From contig CBDCTK010000002.1 in NCBI GenBank assembly GCA_965222225.1, forward strand, positions 1,024,001 to 1,088,000: a stretch of DNA of 64,000 nucleotides. The letters are read 5' to 3'. This document shows, one piece after another, positions 21,263 to 32,089 of this stretch. The position numbers were made by a program, and so were the translations under genes. Numbering within the stretch: position 1 is the first letter of the stretch; every line of letters begins with the position of its first letter. The notes below the pieces were generated by a model. The model worked only from the letters and a program-made list of their open reading frames with translations. It was not told the origin of the DNA and searched no databases. Source of the DNA: Candidatus Poribacteria bacterium (lineage in GTDB: Bacteria; Poribacteria; WGA-4E; JAJDTR01).

Positions 21263-21616
21263 TTAACTCTCCTTACTATCACTTTCCTCATCCAGCACAA
21301 CGGTAATATGACACCTACGTCGCAGTATCCTATTCGCCATTCCACGTGCTCTTGGTCGAATCCACTTTCGTGTCATTCCCTCATCAATGAAGATTTTTTT
21401 GATGAAGAGATTACTTTCATCAATGGTTGAGTCTTGGTGTTGCGCATTAGCTACGGCAGACCGAATTAATTTCCGAATCACCGCCGATGTCGATTTATGC
21501 ATGAAAGCCAATTCATTCAGAGCATTTTCCACATAACTGTCTCTGACTAAATCCGCCACCAAACGTGCTTTTCGCGGTGCAACTGCCACATTTTTGATGC
21601 TCGCTTTCGCTTCCAT
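21263..21616 (-). CDS. rplV: 50S ribosomal protein L22
   Basis: PRKARLVADL, SAVANA, PRARG. Confidence 0.97.
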   Translation of the reverse strand: MEAKASIKNVAVAPRKARLVADLVRDSYVENALNELAFMHKSTSAVIRKLIRSAVANAQHQDSTIDESNLFIKKIFIDEGMTRKWIRPRARGMANRILRRRCHITVVLDEESDSKES

Positions 21617-21642
21617 TCGATAACCTCCCAAACACGCCTTTC

Positions 21643-21912
21643 CTATGCTCTAGAACCCCGTGCGTGCGATCTAAATGTACGGGTGGGAGCAAACTCGCCT
21701 AATTTATGTCCTACCATATTCTCTGTGATATAAACCGGAAAGAACTTCTTTCCATTGTGTATTGCAAGTGTATGACCTATCAGTTCCGGCGTAATCGTCG
21801 AACGTCGAGACCAAGTACGAATGACACGTTTTGTACCGGATCGCTCTAAAGTCTCAATTTTCTTCTGAAGTTTCGGATCTATATAGGGGCCCTTTTTTAC
21901 GGAACGTGCCAT
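21643..21912 (-). CDS. rpsS: 30S ribosomal protein S19
   Basis: [26 protein letters not shown]. Confidence 0.98.
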   Translation of the reverse strand: MARSVKKGPYIDPKLQKKIETLERSGTKRVIRTWSRRSTITPELIGHTLAIHNGKKFFPVYITENMVGHKLGEFAPTRTFRSHARGSRA

Positions 21913-21981
21913 TGTAATTTCCCTTCACAACAAAATCAGCATTCAATTGAACCAACGCTTTTGGTGAATTTATTGTTAGCA

Positions 21982-22806
21982 TTACTTACGGCGGCTAACA
22001 ATAAATTGGCCCGACTTCTTTTTCCGGTTTCGCGTTTTGTACCCTTTAGTTGGAACCCCCCAAGGAGTCACAGGATGTCTACCTCCCGAACTCTTTCCTT
22101 CACCGCCGCCATGCGGATGATCTACTGGATTCATTGCAACACCGCGCACTTTCGGACGCCGTCCCATCCAGCGGGAACGTCCACCCTTTCCTATTGATAT
22201 GTTGGAATGGTCGGCGTTTCCAACTTGCCCAACCGTAGCCATACACCTTAACGGGAGTAAACGAATTTCACCGGATGGCATTCGAAGACGTGCATATCGT
22301 CCCTCGCGGTCTACGAGCTGAGCAGCCACACCCGCACTACGTACTAGTTGCCCTCCTGCACCGGGGACCATCTCCACATTATGTATGGCCGAGCCAAGGG
22401 GAATTTTTTCGAGCGGTAACGCGTTGCCCACTTTAATCTCCGCGTCCGGGCCCGAGTTTAGCATCTCGCCGACCTGGAGCCCTAAAGGCGCCAGGATGTA
22501 GCGTTTTTCGCCGTCCATGTAGTGTAGTAGCGCTATCCGTCCGGAGCGGTTGGGATCGTACTCAATTGAGGCTACCTTAGCCGGTACACCGAACTTATTA
22601 CGCCGAAAGTCGATATCTCGGTATCGTCGCTTATGACCGCCACCACGTCTTCTAACCGTTATTCGGCCCTCGCCATTACGTCCGGCATTTTCCTTTAACC
22701 CTTTGACCAAGGATTTCTCCGGCTTTCGACGGGTAATCTCTTCAAAAGAGTGGCCGGTCATAAATCGCCGACTTGGTGTCACAGGCGAATATATCTTAAC
22801 TGCCAT
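21982..22806 (-). CDS. rplB: 50S ribosomal protein L2
   Basis: [25 protein letters not shown]. Confidence 0.98.
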   Translation of the reverse strand: MAVKIYSPVTPSRRFMTGHSFEEITRRKPEKSLVKGLKENAGRNGEGRITVRRRGGGHKRRYRDIDFRRNKFGVPAKVASIEYDPNRSGRIALLHYMDGEKRYILAPLGLQVGEMLNSGPDAEIKVGNALPLEKIPLGSAIHNVEMVPGAGGQLVRSAGVAAQLVDREGRYARLRMPSGEIRLLPLRCMATVGQVGNADHSNISIGKGGRSRWMGRRPKVRGVAMNPVDHPHGGGEGKSSGGRHPVTPWGVPTKGYKTRNRKKKSGQFIVSRRK

Positions 22807-23015
22807 AATCAATAGCCCTCAAACAAATGGAGCGTTAGGATACTCTCAGCAGGTATTAAGTATGCGAGTTCCATTACCTGCTAAGTTGAAGCAGACTGGT
22901 CAACATATGACCAACCGCCTTGCTATTTCTACCGTGTCGTTCAATGCACAACAACGTCTGTTACAAGTCCCAAGGAGATTAAGAAGTACGACGCGTTATC
23001 GAATGTTCACCTGTA

Positions 23016-23318
23016 TTAGATGGATTCGAAAATCTGAATATCTGTTCCTGGCTCAACTGTAATTATTGCTTTTTTCCAGTGAGGTCGTCTTCCACGACGA
23101 TGCTGAATAAGCTTACCTTGAGGCCTTCCGCGAACACGCAGTGTGCTTACATTAAGAATCTTCCCTTTAAGATCAAGCAGTTCCTCCGCTGCTTGACGAA
23201 TTTCTACTTTGGTAGCGTTAATATCAACTACAAAGGAATATTTATTGGACGATTCGCGAAGATTCGTACTTTTTTCTGTGACTAAAGGCTTTAATATGAT
23301 TTGATATAAATCTTTCAT
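23016..23318 (-). CDS. rplW: 50S ribosomal protein L23
   Basis: PLVTEKS, ATKVEI, WKKAII. Confidence 0.96.
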   Translation of the reverse strand: MKDLYQIILKPLVTEKSTNLRESSNKYSFVVDINATKVEIRQAAEELLDLKGKILNVSTLRVRGRPQGKLIQHRRGRRPHWKKAIITVEPGTDIQIFESI

Positions 23319-23977
23319 TGCTCCGACACTTGCTCATTCACACTGTCATTCGGTTGAACGAATTTCATCTGCAACTTCTCGATAGCCGGCTCGGTGATTA
23401 CAATCTTGTCGTGCCCTAAGATATCGTAGACATTCAGTACGTCCCATATACACGTACTCACGTAGGCGATATTTCGAACAGATAACTGAATATTTGGATC
23501 TTGTTGATCTAGTACCAAAAGAAGCTTGCCATCCAGATTGAGAGCACCCACGAACTGAATGATATCCTTTGTCCGCGGTCTATCGAACGTAAAACCCTCG
23601 ATGAGAACACATTGGGCATTTTGAAACCTGCTCGCTAGTGCCGAACATAGCCCGAGTCTTCGAACCTTCTTAGGTGTGTGTTGACGATAACTGCGAGGCC
23701 TTGGTCCGAACGCAACACCACCATGCACCCTCGTAGGCGATCCACTGTCCCCGACACGGGCACGCCCAGTTCCTTTTTGGCGGTGCAACTTCCTGCCACT
23801 TGCCCTGACTTCAGAGCGTGTTTTAGCTGAGGATGTGCCGCTACGTTGGTTAGCAAGATGCGCAACAACACATTGATGTAGAACATCTGTATTAACCGGG
23901 GCGTTGATGAATCGGTCTGATAATTCCTTTTGGTGGATTATCTCACCCGAACCGTTGTATACGTCGAAAGTTGCCAT
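23315..23977 (-). CDS. rplD: 50S ribosomal protein L4
   Basis: KTRSEV, RQKGTGRAR, GGVAFGP. Confidence 0.97.
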   Translation of the reverse strand: MATFDVYNGSGEIIHQKELSDRFINAPVNTDVLHQCVVAHLANQRSGTSSAKTRSEVRASGRKLHRQKGTGRARVGDSGSPTRVHGGVAFGPRPRSYRQHTPKKVRRLGLCSALASRFQNAQCVLIEGFTFDRPRTKDIIQFVGALNLDGKLLLVLDQQDPNIQLSVRNIAYVSTCIWDVLNVYDILGHDKIVITEPAIEKLQMKFVQPNDSVNEQVSEQ

Positions 23978-24015
23978 CACAATTGTCCTTCATTCATAAA
24001 TCCGACTTGTCCATG

Positions 24016-24654
24016 CTACACACCTGCCTTGACAGCTTTGTTAATCAACAATAATCCATTCATTGGCCCAGGCACAGCGCCTTTAACCAACAGAAGGCTC
24101 CTATCAGCGTCCGCCTGGATGACTTGTAGATTCTGAATTGTGACTCGTCTACCACCGTGTCGCCCAGGCATTCGCTTACCTTTAAACACCCGAGATGGAT
24201 ATGAACTCGCGCCAATTGATCCGGGTCGTCGAAGGTCCTGTTCCCCACCATGGCTCTTTTTCCCTCCGGCAAAGCCGTACCGTCTGACTACTCCCGTGAA
24301 TCCAAGCCCTTTTGAAGTGCCGGTTACATCAACGTACTCTCCAACCGAAAATATGCCTGAATCAATCATCAAGCCTACCGATAGTTGATCGGCATCATCG
24401 ATAGGGAACTCACACAGTACTCGTGGAGGTGTAATACCCGCCTTTTGGATGTGCCCGCGTTCCGGCCGATTGACTTTGTTTTCTTTACGAATTCCAAAGC
24501 CTAGCTGGACGGCCTGATATCCATCTTGGTTTTTGGTCTTGATCTGTACAATTGGGCACGGCCCAGCTTCGATTGCAGTCACCGGAAACGCTTTGCCGGA
24601 TTCATCGAAAACTTGGGTCATCCCTACCTTTTTGCCTATAATTCCTCTAATCAT
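24016..24654 (-). CDS. rplC: 50S ribosomal protein L3
   Basis: GKKVGMTQ, DGYQAVQLG, RRPGSIG, KGAVPG. Confidence 0.98.
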   Translation of the reverse strand: MIRGIIGKKVGMTQVFDESGKAFPVTAIEAGPCPIVQIKTKNQDGYQAVQLGFGIRKENKVNRPERGHIQKAGITPPRVLCEFPIDDADQLSVGLMIDSGIFSVGEYVDVTGTSKGLGFTGVVRRYGFAGGKKSHGGEQDLRRPGSIGASSYPSRVFKGKRMPGRHGGRRVTIQNLQVIQADADRSLLLVKGAVPGPMNGLLLINKAVKAGV

Positions 24655-24708
24655 CTACCGCATTCCTGAAATGGTCGCGACAGTTCTATACATACTGCCT
24701 CAACTCGT

Positions 24709-25020
24709 TTATAAAAGTGTGATTTTGACATCAACACCGGCAGGCAGATCCAGGTGCATCAACGCATCTACCGTCTTTGGGGTCGTTTCCAGAATGTCCA
24801 ATATCCGCTTGTGAATTCGCATTTCAAACTGTTCACGCGACTTCTTGTCCTTAAATGTCGACCTCTGGACGGTGTAGACATGCTTTTTCATTGGAAGTGG
24901 AATAGGGCCAGAAACAACTGCCCCTGTTCGTTTTGCCGTATCCGCTATCTGTCTCGACGATTTGTCCAACAACCGGTGATCGAACGCTTTAAGGCGAATG
25001 CGAATTTTCTGATTGTTCAT
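24709..25020 (-). CDS. rpsJ: 30S ribosomal protein S10
   Basis: [28 protein letters not shown]. Confidence 0.98.
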   Translation of the reverse strand: MNNQKIRIRLKAFDHRLLDKSSRQIADTAKRTGAVVSGPIPLPMKKHVYTVQRSTFKDKKSREQFEMRIHKRILDILETTPKTVDALMHLDLPAGVDVKITLL

Positions 25021-25076
25021 CTCAAATTCCCTGTTAGGTGTAAGACTTCGCAGACTGCATCTTGGTAGGATTAATT

Positions 25077-26276
25077 TTACTCAATAACCTTAGACACAAC
25101 GCCTGCGCCAACGGTTTGCCCGCCTTCTCGAATTGCGAATCTGAGTTCCTCTTCTAGAGCAATCGGCTTGGAAAGCTCTACAGTAATCCGAGTGTTGTCT
25201 CCAGGCATTATCATCTCAACACCTTCCGGAAGCAGCATATTACCGGTCACATCAGTTGTGCGAAAATAAAACTGAGGACGATACCCGCTGAAGAATGGTG
25301 TATGCCGTCCGCCTTCTTCTTTTTTCAGAATATAGGTTTCGGCTTCAAATTTGGTATGCGGCGTAATTGTTCCGGGGGCAGCCAACACCTGACCGCGCTC
25401 AACTCCCTTCCGTTCTACGCCACGAATTAGGACACCGACATTGTCACCGGCGCGCCCTTCGTCAAGAAGTTTGCGAAACATCTCTACGCCTGTTGCTACA
25501 GTGGAGTGAGTCGGTCGGAGACCGACAATTTCGACAGTGTCGCCAACATGTACGATTCCGCGTTCCACGCGCCCTGTTACGACTGTACCGCGTCCACTAA
25601 TCGTGAAAATGTCCTCGACGGGCATTAAGTATGGTTTGTCGATGTCTCTCACGGGTTCGGGAATGTAGTCATCGACTTGTGCCATCAAATCAAGAATCGG
25701 CGCACAGGCTTCGCTATTCGGGTCCCCGCCGGATTCCATAGCTTGCAGCGCGGAACCCGTAACAACTGGAATATCGTCCCCTGGGAAATTGTATTCATTC
25801 AACAACTCCCGAACTTCCAACTCGACCAATTCAAGCAATTCGGGATCGTCTACCATATCCGCTTTATTCAAGAACACGACGAGAGAAGGGACGTTGACCT
25901 GTCGTGCAAGAAGAACGTGCTCCCGTGTTTGAGGCATGGGCCCATCAGCAGCAGAAACCACAAGGATGGCTCCATCCATCTGAGCAGCACCCGTAATCAT
26001 GTTCTTGATATAGTCAGCATGACCAGGACAATCCACATGCGCGTAGTGGCGGTTCTCGGTTTCATATTCTACGTGTGCCGTATTGATTGTGATTCCACGC
26101 TCTTTTTCCTCTGGAGCTTTGTCGATCTCCTCATAGGTCATCACATAGTCTTTGCTTGCAATATTCGACAGAACCATGGTTATTGCCGCAGTTAATGTGG
26201 TCTTGCCATGGTCAACGTGGCCGATCGTACCTATATTCACGTGTGGCTTAGTTCTATCAAATTTTTCTTTTGCCAT
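25077..26276 (-). CDS. tuf: Elongation factor Tu
   Basis: [23 protein letters not shown]. Confidence 0.99.
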   Translation of the reverse strand: MAKEKFDRTKPHVNIGTIGHVDHGKTTLTAAITMVLSNIASKDYVMTYEEIDKAPEEKERGITINTAHVEYETENRHYAHVDCPGHADYIKNMITGAAQMDGAILVVSAADGPMPQTREHVLLARQVNVPSLVVFLNKADMVDDPELLELVELEVRELLNEYNFPGDDIPVVTGSALQAMESGGDPNSEACAPILDLMAQVDDYIPEPVRDIDKPYLMPVEDIFTISGRGTVVTGRVERGIVHVGDTVEIVGLRPTHSTVATGVEMFRKLLDEGRAGDNVGVLIRGVERKGVERGQVLAAPGTITPHTKFEAETYILKKEEGGRHTPFFSGYRPQFYFRTTDVTGNMLLPEGVEMIMPGDNTRITVELSKPIALEEELRFAIREGGQTVGAGVVSKVIE

Positions 26277-26383
26277 TTGCTATGAATTTCCTCCTCGCAT
26301 AGATAAGCGAAAAACCTTTAAGGCTTGTTAAAACAATACAAAACTAGCTTATGTGGCTTCAATGCCACATGGTATCGAAGCCG

Positions 26384-28522
26384 CTATGAAACTTTTTTCA
26401 AGGAAATGATGTCTTGCGCAACGCTGGAAGGTACACCGCTGTAATGTGAAAACTCCATGGAATAATTTGCGCGTCCTTGTGTCAAAGAACGAAGTGCTTT
26501 AACATACCCAAACATTTCGGAAAGCGGCACTGAAGCTTGAATCACATGGACACGCGATTTCTGTTGAAGATCCGTTTGAAGAATTTGCGCGCGACGCGCA
26601 TTTAAATCTCCAATAACCTTGCCCAAATATTCATCAGGGACAATAACTTCCACTTTCATAATTGGTTCAAGCAGAAGCGGCCCGGCGCGTTTTACAGCTT
26701 CTTTGAATGCTATTGAGGCTGCGATTGAAAACGCCATTTCGGACGAATCTACAGCATGGAAGGAACCATCGTATAACCGTGCACCCACATCAACAACAGG
26801 ATAACCCGCCAACACTCCAGTATTCATGGAATTTTGGATGCCCTTGTTGATTGCCGGGATATATTCTTGAGGTACAACTCCGCCTTTAGTATCATCAACG
26901 AATTCATACTCTGAACCTTTTTCTAGCGGGTAAATCTCAATGGCGACATGCCCATATTGCCCGCGTCCGCCCGATTGTCTCACAAACCGTCCTTCTGATG
27001 TAGCGTGCCTTTGAATTGTTTCGCGATATGCAACCTGCGGATTCCCGATGTTTGCCGAAACGTTAAACTCGCGAACCAGCCGATCCACGATAATTTCAAG
27101 GTGTAGTTCGCCCATCCCAGATAACAGGGTTTGGCCTGTCTCACTATCTTGATGGACCTTAAACGTTGGATCTTCCTCCGCCAACTTAAGAAGTGCCAGA
27201 TTCAACTTGTCTACATCAGATTTCGTACAGGGCTCCACAGCGACAGACATGACCGGCAACGGAAAAACCATTGTGTCCAGCATAATTGGCGCATCCCGAT
27301 CGCAAATTGTGTCACCTGTCGCAATATCCTTTAGCCCAATTGCAGCAACAATGTCGCCAGCATAAACGGCATCTCGTTCCTCGCGCTTGTTTGCGTGCAT
27401 TTGCATGAGCCTACCAACTCTTTCTCGCTTACCACGTGTGCTATTGTAAACGGTTGCCCCTCTAGTTAAAACGCCCGAATAAACGCGCAGGAATGTCAAT
27501 CTACCCACATGCGGATCCGTCATTATCTTGAATACCAAAGCGCAAAAGGGTTCATTGTCATTAGGCAAACGCTCTTCCATTGCTTGAGTTTCAGGGTTCA
27601 GAGCTTTGATTGGAGGTACATCAATAGGTGAAGGAAGATATGAAACTACCGCATCCAAAAGCGGTTGCACACCCTTGTTTTTCAAAGCCGAACCACATAG
27701 GACAGGTACAACGTTTCCACATAAAGTAGCATTTCTTAAGCCTGTTCTAATTTCGGTCTCAGACAACTCGATACCGTCAAAAAATTTCGCTAATAAATCA
27801 TCATCCCATTCAACGATGGTTTCAATCAGTTTCGCGCGGTACTCGGCAACCATTCCCATCATCTCTTCAGGAATGTCAATTTCATGGACAGTGGTGCCTA
27901 GATTCGCTTCATCCCACGCGAATCCCTTGAATTCTATAAGATCCACAACGCCTCTGAATTGCTCCGCGGATCCAATTGGCAATTGAATTGGAACAGCGGT
28001 TGTGCCAAGCCGATCAGCCATCATCTCAACTGTTCGAAAGAAATCGGCGCCCGTGCGGTCCATCTTGTTAATTAGAGCCACGCGCGGCACACTGTATTTA
28101 TCTGCCTGTCTCCAGACTGTTTCTGATTGAGGTTCGACACCGCCAACAGCACAAAAAACTGCTACAGCGCCATCAAGTACCCGTAAGGATCTCTCAACTT
28201 CAACAGTAAAATCTATGTGTCCAGGAGTATCGATGATATTGATGCGATTGTCTTTCCATTGACAGGCGGTTGCTGCCGCAGTGATTGTGATGCCACGCTC
28301 CTGTTCTTGGACCATCCAGTCCATCGTGGTCGTACCTTCATGTACCTCGCCTAAACGGTGCACACGACCCGTATAGTACAGAATCCGCTCAGTTATGGTC
28401 GTTTTTCCAGCATCAATGTGTGCCATAATGCCGATGTTCCGCGTGGCAGCTAAACCAAAACGGCGCGGATCTATTGATCTACGACTTTCAAATGTGGACT
28501 GCTGTTTTTCCCCAGACTTCAT
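26384..28522 (-). CDS. fusA: Elongation factor G
   Basis: [30 protein letters not shown]; lies between rpsG and tuf. Confidence 0.98.
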   Translation of the reverse strand: MKSGEKQQSTFESRRSIDPRRFGLAATRNIGIMAHIDAGKTTITERILYYTGRVHRLGEVHEGTTTMDWMVQEQERGITITAAATACQWKDNRINIIDTPGHIDFTVEVERSLRVLDGAVAVFCAVGGVEPQSETVWRQADKYSVPRVALINKMDRTGADFFRTVEMMADRLGTTAVPIQLPIGSAEQFRGVVDLIEFKGFAWDEANLGTTVHEIDIPEEMMGMVAEYRAKLIETIVEWDDDLLAKFFDGIELSETEIRTGLRNATLCGNVVPVLCGSALKNKGVQPLLDAVVSYLPSPIDVPPIKALNPETQAMEERLPNDNEPFCALVFKIMTDPHVGRLTFLRVYSGVLTRGATVYNSTRGKRERVGRLMQMHANKREERDAVYAGDIVAAIGLKDIATGDTICDRDAPIMLDTMVFPLPVMSVAVEPCTKSDVDKLNLALLKLAEEDPTFKVHQDSETGQTLLSGMGELHLEIIVDRLVREFNVSANIGNPQVAYRETIQRHATSEGRFVRQSGGRGQYGHVAIEIYPLEKGSEYEFVDDTKGGVVPQEYIPAINKGIQNSMNTGVLAGYPVVDVGARLYDGSFHAVDSSEMAFSIAASIAFKEAVKRAGPLLLEPIMKVEVIVPDEYLGKVIGDLNARRAQILQTDLQQKSRVHVIQASVPLSEMFGYVKALRSLTQGRANYSMEFSHYSGVPSSVAQDIISLKKVS

Positions 28523-28573
28523 TAACTAAGACTCACCTTAACGAGATTTTATAAAACTTCCGTCAGGAAGCAC

Positions 28574-29044
28574 TTACCATCGATAATGGGCAAACGCACG
28601 GTTCGCTTCTGCCATTCGATGTTGTTCAAACTTTCTACGAATTGCGGCGCCTTCGTTTTTCGAAGCATCTATCAGCTCGCCTGCCAAACGTGCTTCCATT
28701 GTTTTTTCTCCTCGCGCCCTTGCCGATTGGAGAATCCACCTAAACGCCAACGTTGTACGCCGTTCTGCCTTAACATCAACGGGAACCTGATAGGTCTGTC
28801 CGCCAACACGACGTGAACGAACTTCCAAAACAGGTTTAACATTATTTATCGCTTGACGAAAAACAGTATGACCATCCTGTTTGGCCCTAGTGGCTACTAT
28901 ATCCAAACTCCCATACAATACCCTCTGAGCAGTACTTCTCTTTCCATCCAGCATCAAGCAATTCACAAACTTTGTAATCAGCGTGCTATCATAATTAGGG
29001 TCCGGCAATAACTCTCGCTTGACAGCAATCCTGCGTCTTGGCAT
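28574..29044 (-). CDS. rpsG: 30S ribosomal protein S7
   Basis: MPRRR, SRRVGGQTYQVP, HRMAEANRAFAHYRW. Confidence 0.98.
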   Translation of the reverse strand: MPRRRIAVKRELLPDPNYDSTLITKFVNCLMLDGKRSTAQRVLYGSLDIVATRAKQDGHTVFRQAINNVKPVLEVRSRRVGGQTYQVPVDVKAERRTTLAFRWILQSARARGEKTMEARLAGELIDASKNEGAAIRRKFEQHRMAEANRAFAHYRW

Positions 29045-29098
29045 ATTCCCCTCCATCCGAGACCAAAAACCAACATCAAAGTCTCAGGCTTAACATTT

Positions 29099-29470
29099 CT
29101 AGCCAGCTTTTTTCGCTCCATATTTCGATCGTCCTTGCCGACGATTCTCAACCCCTGCTGTATCCAATGTTCCTCGAACTATATGATATCTGACATTGGA
29201 TAAATCTTTGACCCTACCACCCCGCACCAACACAACCGAATGCTCCTGAAGATTGTGATCGATTCCAGGAATGTAACATGTAGCTTCAAGCCCCGTTGTG
29301 AATCGCACACGTGCAACTTTTCGCAGGGCGGAATTCGGTTTCTTGGGGTTTACGGTCTTTACCTGCAAGCAAATTCCACGCCTCTGTGGGCAACTTTGAA
29401 GCACCGGGGATTTTGTCTGCTTGACACTTTTTTTTCGTGGTTTTCTTACTAATTGATTGATTGTTGGCAT
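29099..29470 (-). CDS. rpsL: 30S ribosomal protein S12
   Basis: [31 protein letters not shown]. Confidence 0.99.
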   Translation of the reverse strand: MPTINQLVRKPRKKSVKQTKSPVLQSCPQRRGICLQVKTVNPKKPNSALRKVARVRFTTGLEATCYIPGIDHNLQEHSVVLVRGGRVKDLSNVRYHIVRGTLDTAGVENRRQGRSKYGAKKAG

Positions 29471-29557
29471 ATTCTACTCCGGCGAAGCAATTGGCAATTT
29501 TCCACGTCAAATTACACCTGAGCGTTCAAAGCGAGAACAACGAGTGCTGGTTTGGGG

Positions 29558-29584
29558 ATTCTAGCATTTTTTCAACGTAGTCAA
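29558..29584 (-). promoter_or_regulatory. Candidate rpsL-operon promoter (extended -10)
   Basis: Minus strand TTGACT-15-TAGAAT with TG immediately upstream (TGcTAGAAT). Spacer is short. Confidence 0.45.
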
Positions 29585-29755
29585 CCCTCATCTCCCTGTG
29601 GCCTCCAAGCGGGAACCGTTTTCGGTCTAACACTGGCATTCTCAACGACACGTAAAATTACTTGATTCCAGAATAAAGCGTCATTTCTAAACGGTGGCAC
29701 AAAAATAATTTGAGACAAATTTGAGACAAAGGGAAACAAACTCGATTGAATAGAC

Positions 29756-29779
29756 AAAAATAAAGCCCCGAAAGGGGCT
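29756..29779 (-). terminator. Rho-independent terminator
   Basis: Minus-strand AGCCCC-UUUC-GGGGCU followed by UUAUUUUU. Confidence 0.75.
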
Positions 29780-29895
29780 CACATAGACATCTTCTCAATT
29801 AAAAACCAACATTAACTAACCAAAGATAATAAAGGTTTTTCGGAATAGATAGCCTCCCTTTCTGCAACAGTCAGTAGGGCCAATGTGACACCAAG
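29756..29895 (-). ncRNA. Candidate ~140-nt small RNA or terminated leader
   Basis: Bounded by a consensus promoter and an intrinsic terminator; no convincing ORF; no family recognised. Confidence 0.45.
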
Positions 29896-29901
29896 GTTGG
29901 A

Positions 29902-29930
29902 ATTATACCAAACCAGTTTTTCAATGTCAA
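29902..29930 (-). promoter_or_regulatory. Consensus sigma70 promoter
   Basis: Minus strand TTGACA-17-TATAAT with TG extension. Confidence 0.8.
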
Positions 29931-30283
29931 GTTTATTTGCGTATTTTTCTTGAGGTACGCAATTTTTCTGCAATTCGTCCCCGGCGTAACCTATCCCAAA
30001 CATCGTGGCTGTGTTATATGATTGCTGTTGAAAGGGCAATAAAGCGACAAAGAAGTTAAGAGAATTGCTACGATCTACTATCGGTTCTTGACATTTCCGC
30101 ATGGATGCAGCTTGTATCATTGGTGTGCTGACCGTTTCATCGTTAGTAATATAAGACCGCGGTCTACAACTCAAACTTCTTTCGTTCTCGGATATAGATG
30201 CCTCCTCAAGGCTCTCGGAAGACGATCATCGCTCTGCTAAGAGTCCAGGTGTTAATAACTCGCAAACTCTTTCCTGAGAGTGT

Positions 30284-30673
30284 TCACACAAAGATAGATA
30301 AGGCAATCTTCTGATACCGACGGAAGACCTCTTGGTCGGTCAAAGCAGTCCATAACTTCATGGCATTGTCCACCATCTCAAGTTTCTTGGATACTATTTT
30401 GGTGCGGCGTGTGAATCGTCCAAGATGATGGCGTGTATTGCTGTTATCACGTTCGACTGTTGCTGTCCCTGATTTCCCGATGTGATGACGCTCCGCAGGA
30501 AGTACCTTGGCAAACGCTTCCCAATTGTCAGTGTAATACTGGCAGTCACTTAAGTGTTTCACTTTGTCGAATAGCCGTCTGAAGGTATCAGCATCACGAC
30601 CACCGATAACCCAGGCAACGGTTTTGCCTGTTTCACGAGAAACTGCTTTGTGAATCCATCTTTTGTTTTTTTT
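30284..30673 (-). CDS. insB: IS1-family InsB catalytic segment, fused by -1 frameshift
   Basis: KKNKRWI, YTDNW, ERDNSNTRHHLGRFTRRT. Joined at the A8C slippery run 30665-30673. Confidence 0.88.
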   Translation of the reverse strand, partial: KKNKRWIHKAVSRETGKTVAWVIGGRDADTFRRLFDKVKHLSDCQYYTDNWEAFAKVLPAERHHIGKSGTATVERDNSNTRHHLGRFTRRTKIVSKKLEMVDNAMKLWTALTDQEVFRRYQKIALSIFV

Positions 30674-31002
30674 GACCCGATAAAATGCCACATCTCATCA
30701 AATTCCAATTCACGGGTGTTGATTGGAATCTCAGGCTCAGGCAACAGGGCTGCTTCCTTTGCAAGCCATTTTTGAACGGTGCTTGGCGATACATTAAACA
30801 AGTTGCCAATAGTGCCGTAAGACGCTTTTGCAAGGGAGTAAAGAATTACTGCAAAAGCACGCTTGATGGTGATTTGGGGGTTGGTTCTCTGGTCTCCCTC
30901 AACGAAATTATAACCGCACGTTTTACAACGGTATCGCTGTTTGGAACGAACGAATCCGTTTTTCGTGACTTCCGAACTATGACAGTTCTTACAGTTTGAC
31001 AC
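30559..31002 (-). CDS. insA: IS1-family InsA-like ORF (zinc ribbon plus HTH)
   Basis: CKNC...KNG...QRYRCKTCG, HTH, ELEFDEMWHFIG. Confidence 0.88.
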   Translation of the reverse strand: MSNCKNCHSSEVTKNGFVRSKQRYRCKTCGYNFVEGDQRTNPQITIKRAFAVILYSLAKASYGTIGNLFNVSPSTVQKWLAKEAALLPEPEIPINTRELEFDEMWHFIGSKKTKDGFTKQFLVKQAKPLPGLSVVVMLIPSDGYSTK

Positions 31003-31153
31003 AATGTCTCCTTCCTGACCTTTCTGGTTAGTTAGAAGAATTATATCATAAATCTATCTATATGGCAATTCTCTCCTCTTTCCTTTGTGCGACCATCTTC
31101 TAATCTATTGGTATTGTATCCAACGCTCTCTTCTATAGTTTGGAAGAATGATC

Positions 31154-31948
31154 TCATGAACTTATAGGCCCAAACGCAGACAGGAACACCCTACTCGTAT
31201 CATTGAGGTTACTGTAGAAGGCGCGTACCTCCGGATCTGGGGCATTACGCCAAAATCGCGCTGGTATCACGGAACAATTGCTCAAAAAAGGTCGAAAGCG
31301 GTGCCCATAGTATGCTTGTACGGTTTTTCGCTCTCTTTGCGTTGTGCGAACTGTAGCTGTGTGGAGCAGAGCAATATTGAAAAGCACTATTGTGCCAGCT
31401 GGCCCATGAAATTCTACGGACCCGTCCCTCTCTAGCTGGGCTTCACTATTCAGAATGGGATTGTTGACGGATTCGGGCGAGATGGAAAAGCAATGCGTGC
31501 TCTCGTCAACGTCGGTCAGGTAAAGCATGAGTTGTACATAGTCCATCCGAAGCGGATGACTCTCCCAATGCGGACGGTCCCGATGAAAGTCTTGGCGTGG
31601 TTCTCCATCATATGGAGCCATGTGACGAAGGCAAATTTCGGAGAAACACACAGGCCCACCCATAAGGAACGTAATGAGAGGAAGGATTTTAGGATGGCGC
31701 AGCAACTTATCGAATCCCGGTGAGGTGACAAGAGCATTGCAGTTTCGTGTTTGATATCCGTCGAAAGGATGCCAGCAATTTGGCGGACCGAACTTTTCCC
31801 GATCATCGTCATAGAGTTGGACAAAATGCATGACTTCATCTGAAGTAAGAGCATCCTCAAGAACCACATAACCGTGCGTCCGAAAATAATCAAACAGTTT
31901 CTGGTTTATTTTTCCTTCAAATACCCGGGAACTATCATTCAATGGCAC
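31154..31948 (-). CDS. PhyH-family dioxygenase
   Basis: YFRTHGYVVLEDAL, FHRD, GPAGTIVLFN..LLH. Confidence 0.88.
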   Translation of the reverse strand: MPLNDSSRVFEGKINQKLFDYFRTHGYVVLEDALTSDEVMHFVQLYDDDREKFGPPNCWHPFDGYQTRNCNALVTSPGFDKLLRHPKILPLITFLMGGPVCFSEICLRHMAPYDGEPRQDFHRDRPHWESHPLRMDYVQLMLYLTDVDESTHCFSISPESVNNPILNSEAQLERDGSVEFHGPAGTIVLFNIALLHTATVRTTQRERKTVQAYYGHRFRPFLSNCSVIPARFWRNAPDPEVRAFYSNLNDTSRVFLSAFGPISS

Positions 31949-32089
31949 TTCTTTGCCTCCTCATACTCTACCTTGCCTACCATCGCATCGGGATTTCCTT
32001 GTCTTGGTGCCCGACTTCGGTGTTTGTTGACCGTAGAATAAAAAAATCGCCCGTTACGGCATTCAACAATAAGAGATCTGGCAATCATC

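Larger units (their letters stand above)
30276..31075 (-). mobile_element. IS1-family insertion sequence, 800 bp
   Basis: Imperfect terminal IRs (GAGAG...AGATAGAT, 18/24 matches) flanked by the 9-bp direct repeat CTCTTTCCT (30267-30275 and 31076-31084). Encodes InsA and InsB. Confidence 0.92.

Noticed and set aside
29812-30174. 120-aa minus-strand ORF
   Set aside because: TTG start, no family motif, and it runs across a perfect promoter; probably spurious.
30665-30673. Frameshifted transposase as a pseudogene
   Set aside because: The break falls on the canonical IS1 A6C-type programmed -1 site and restores the expected fused sequence.
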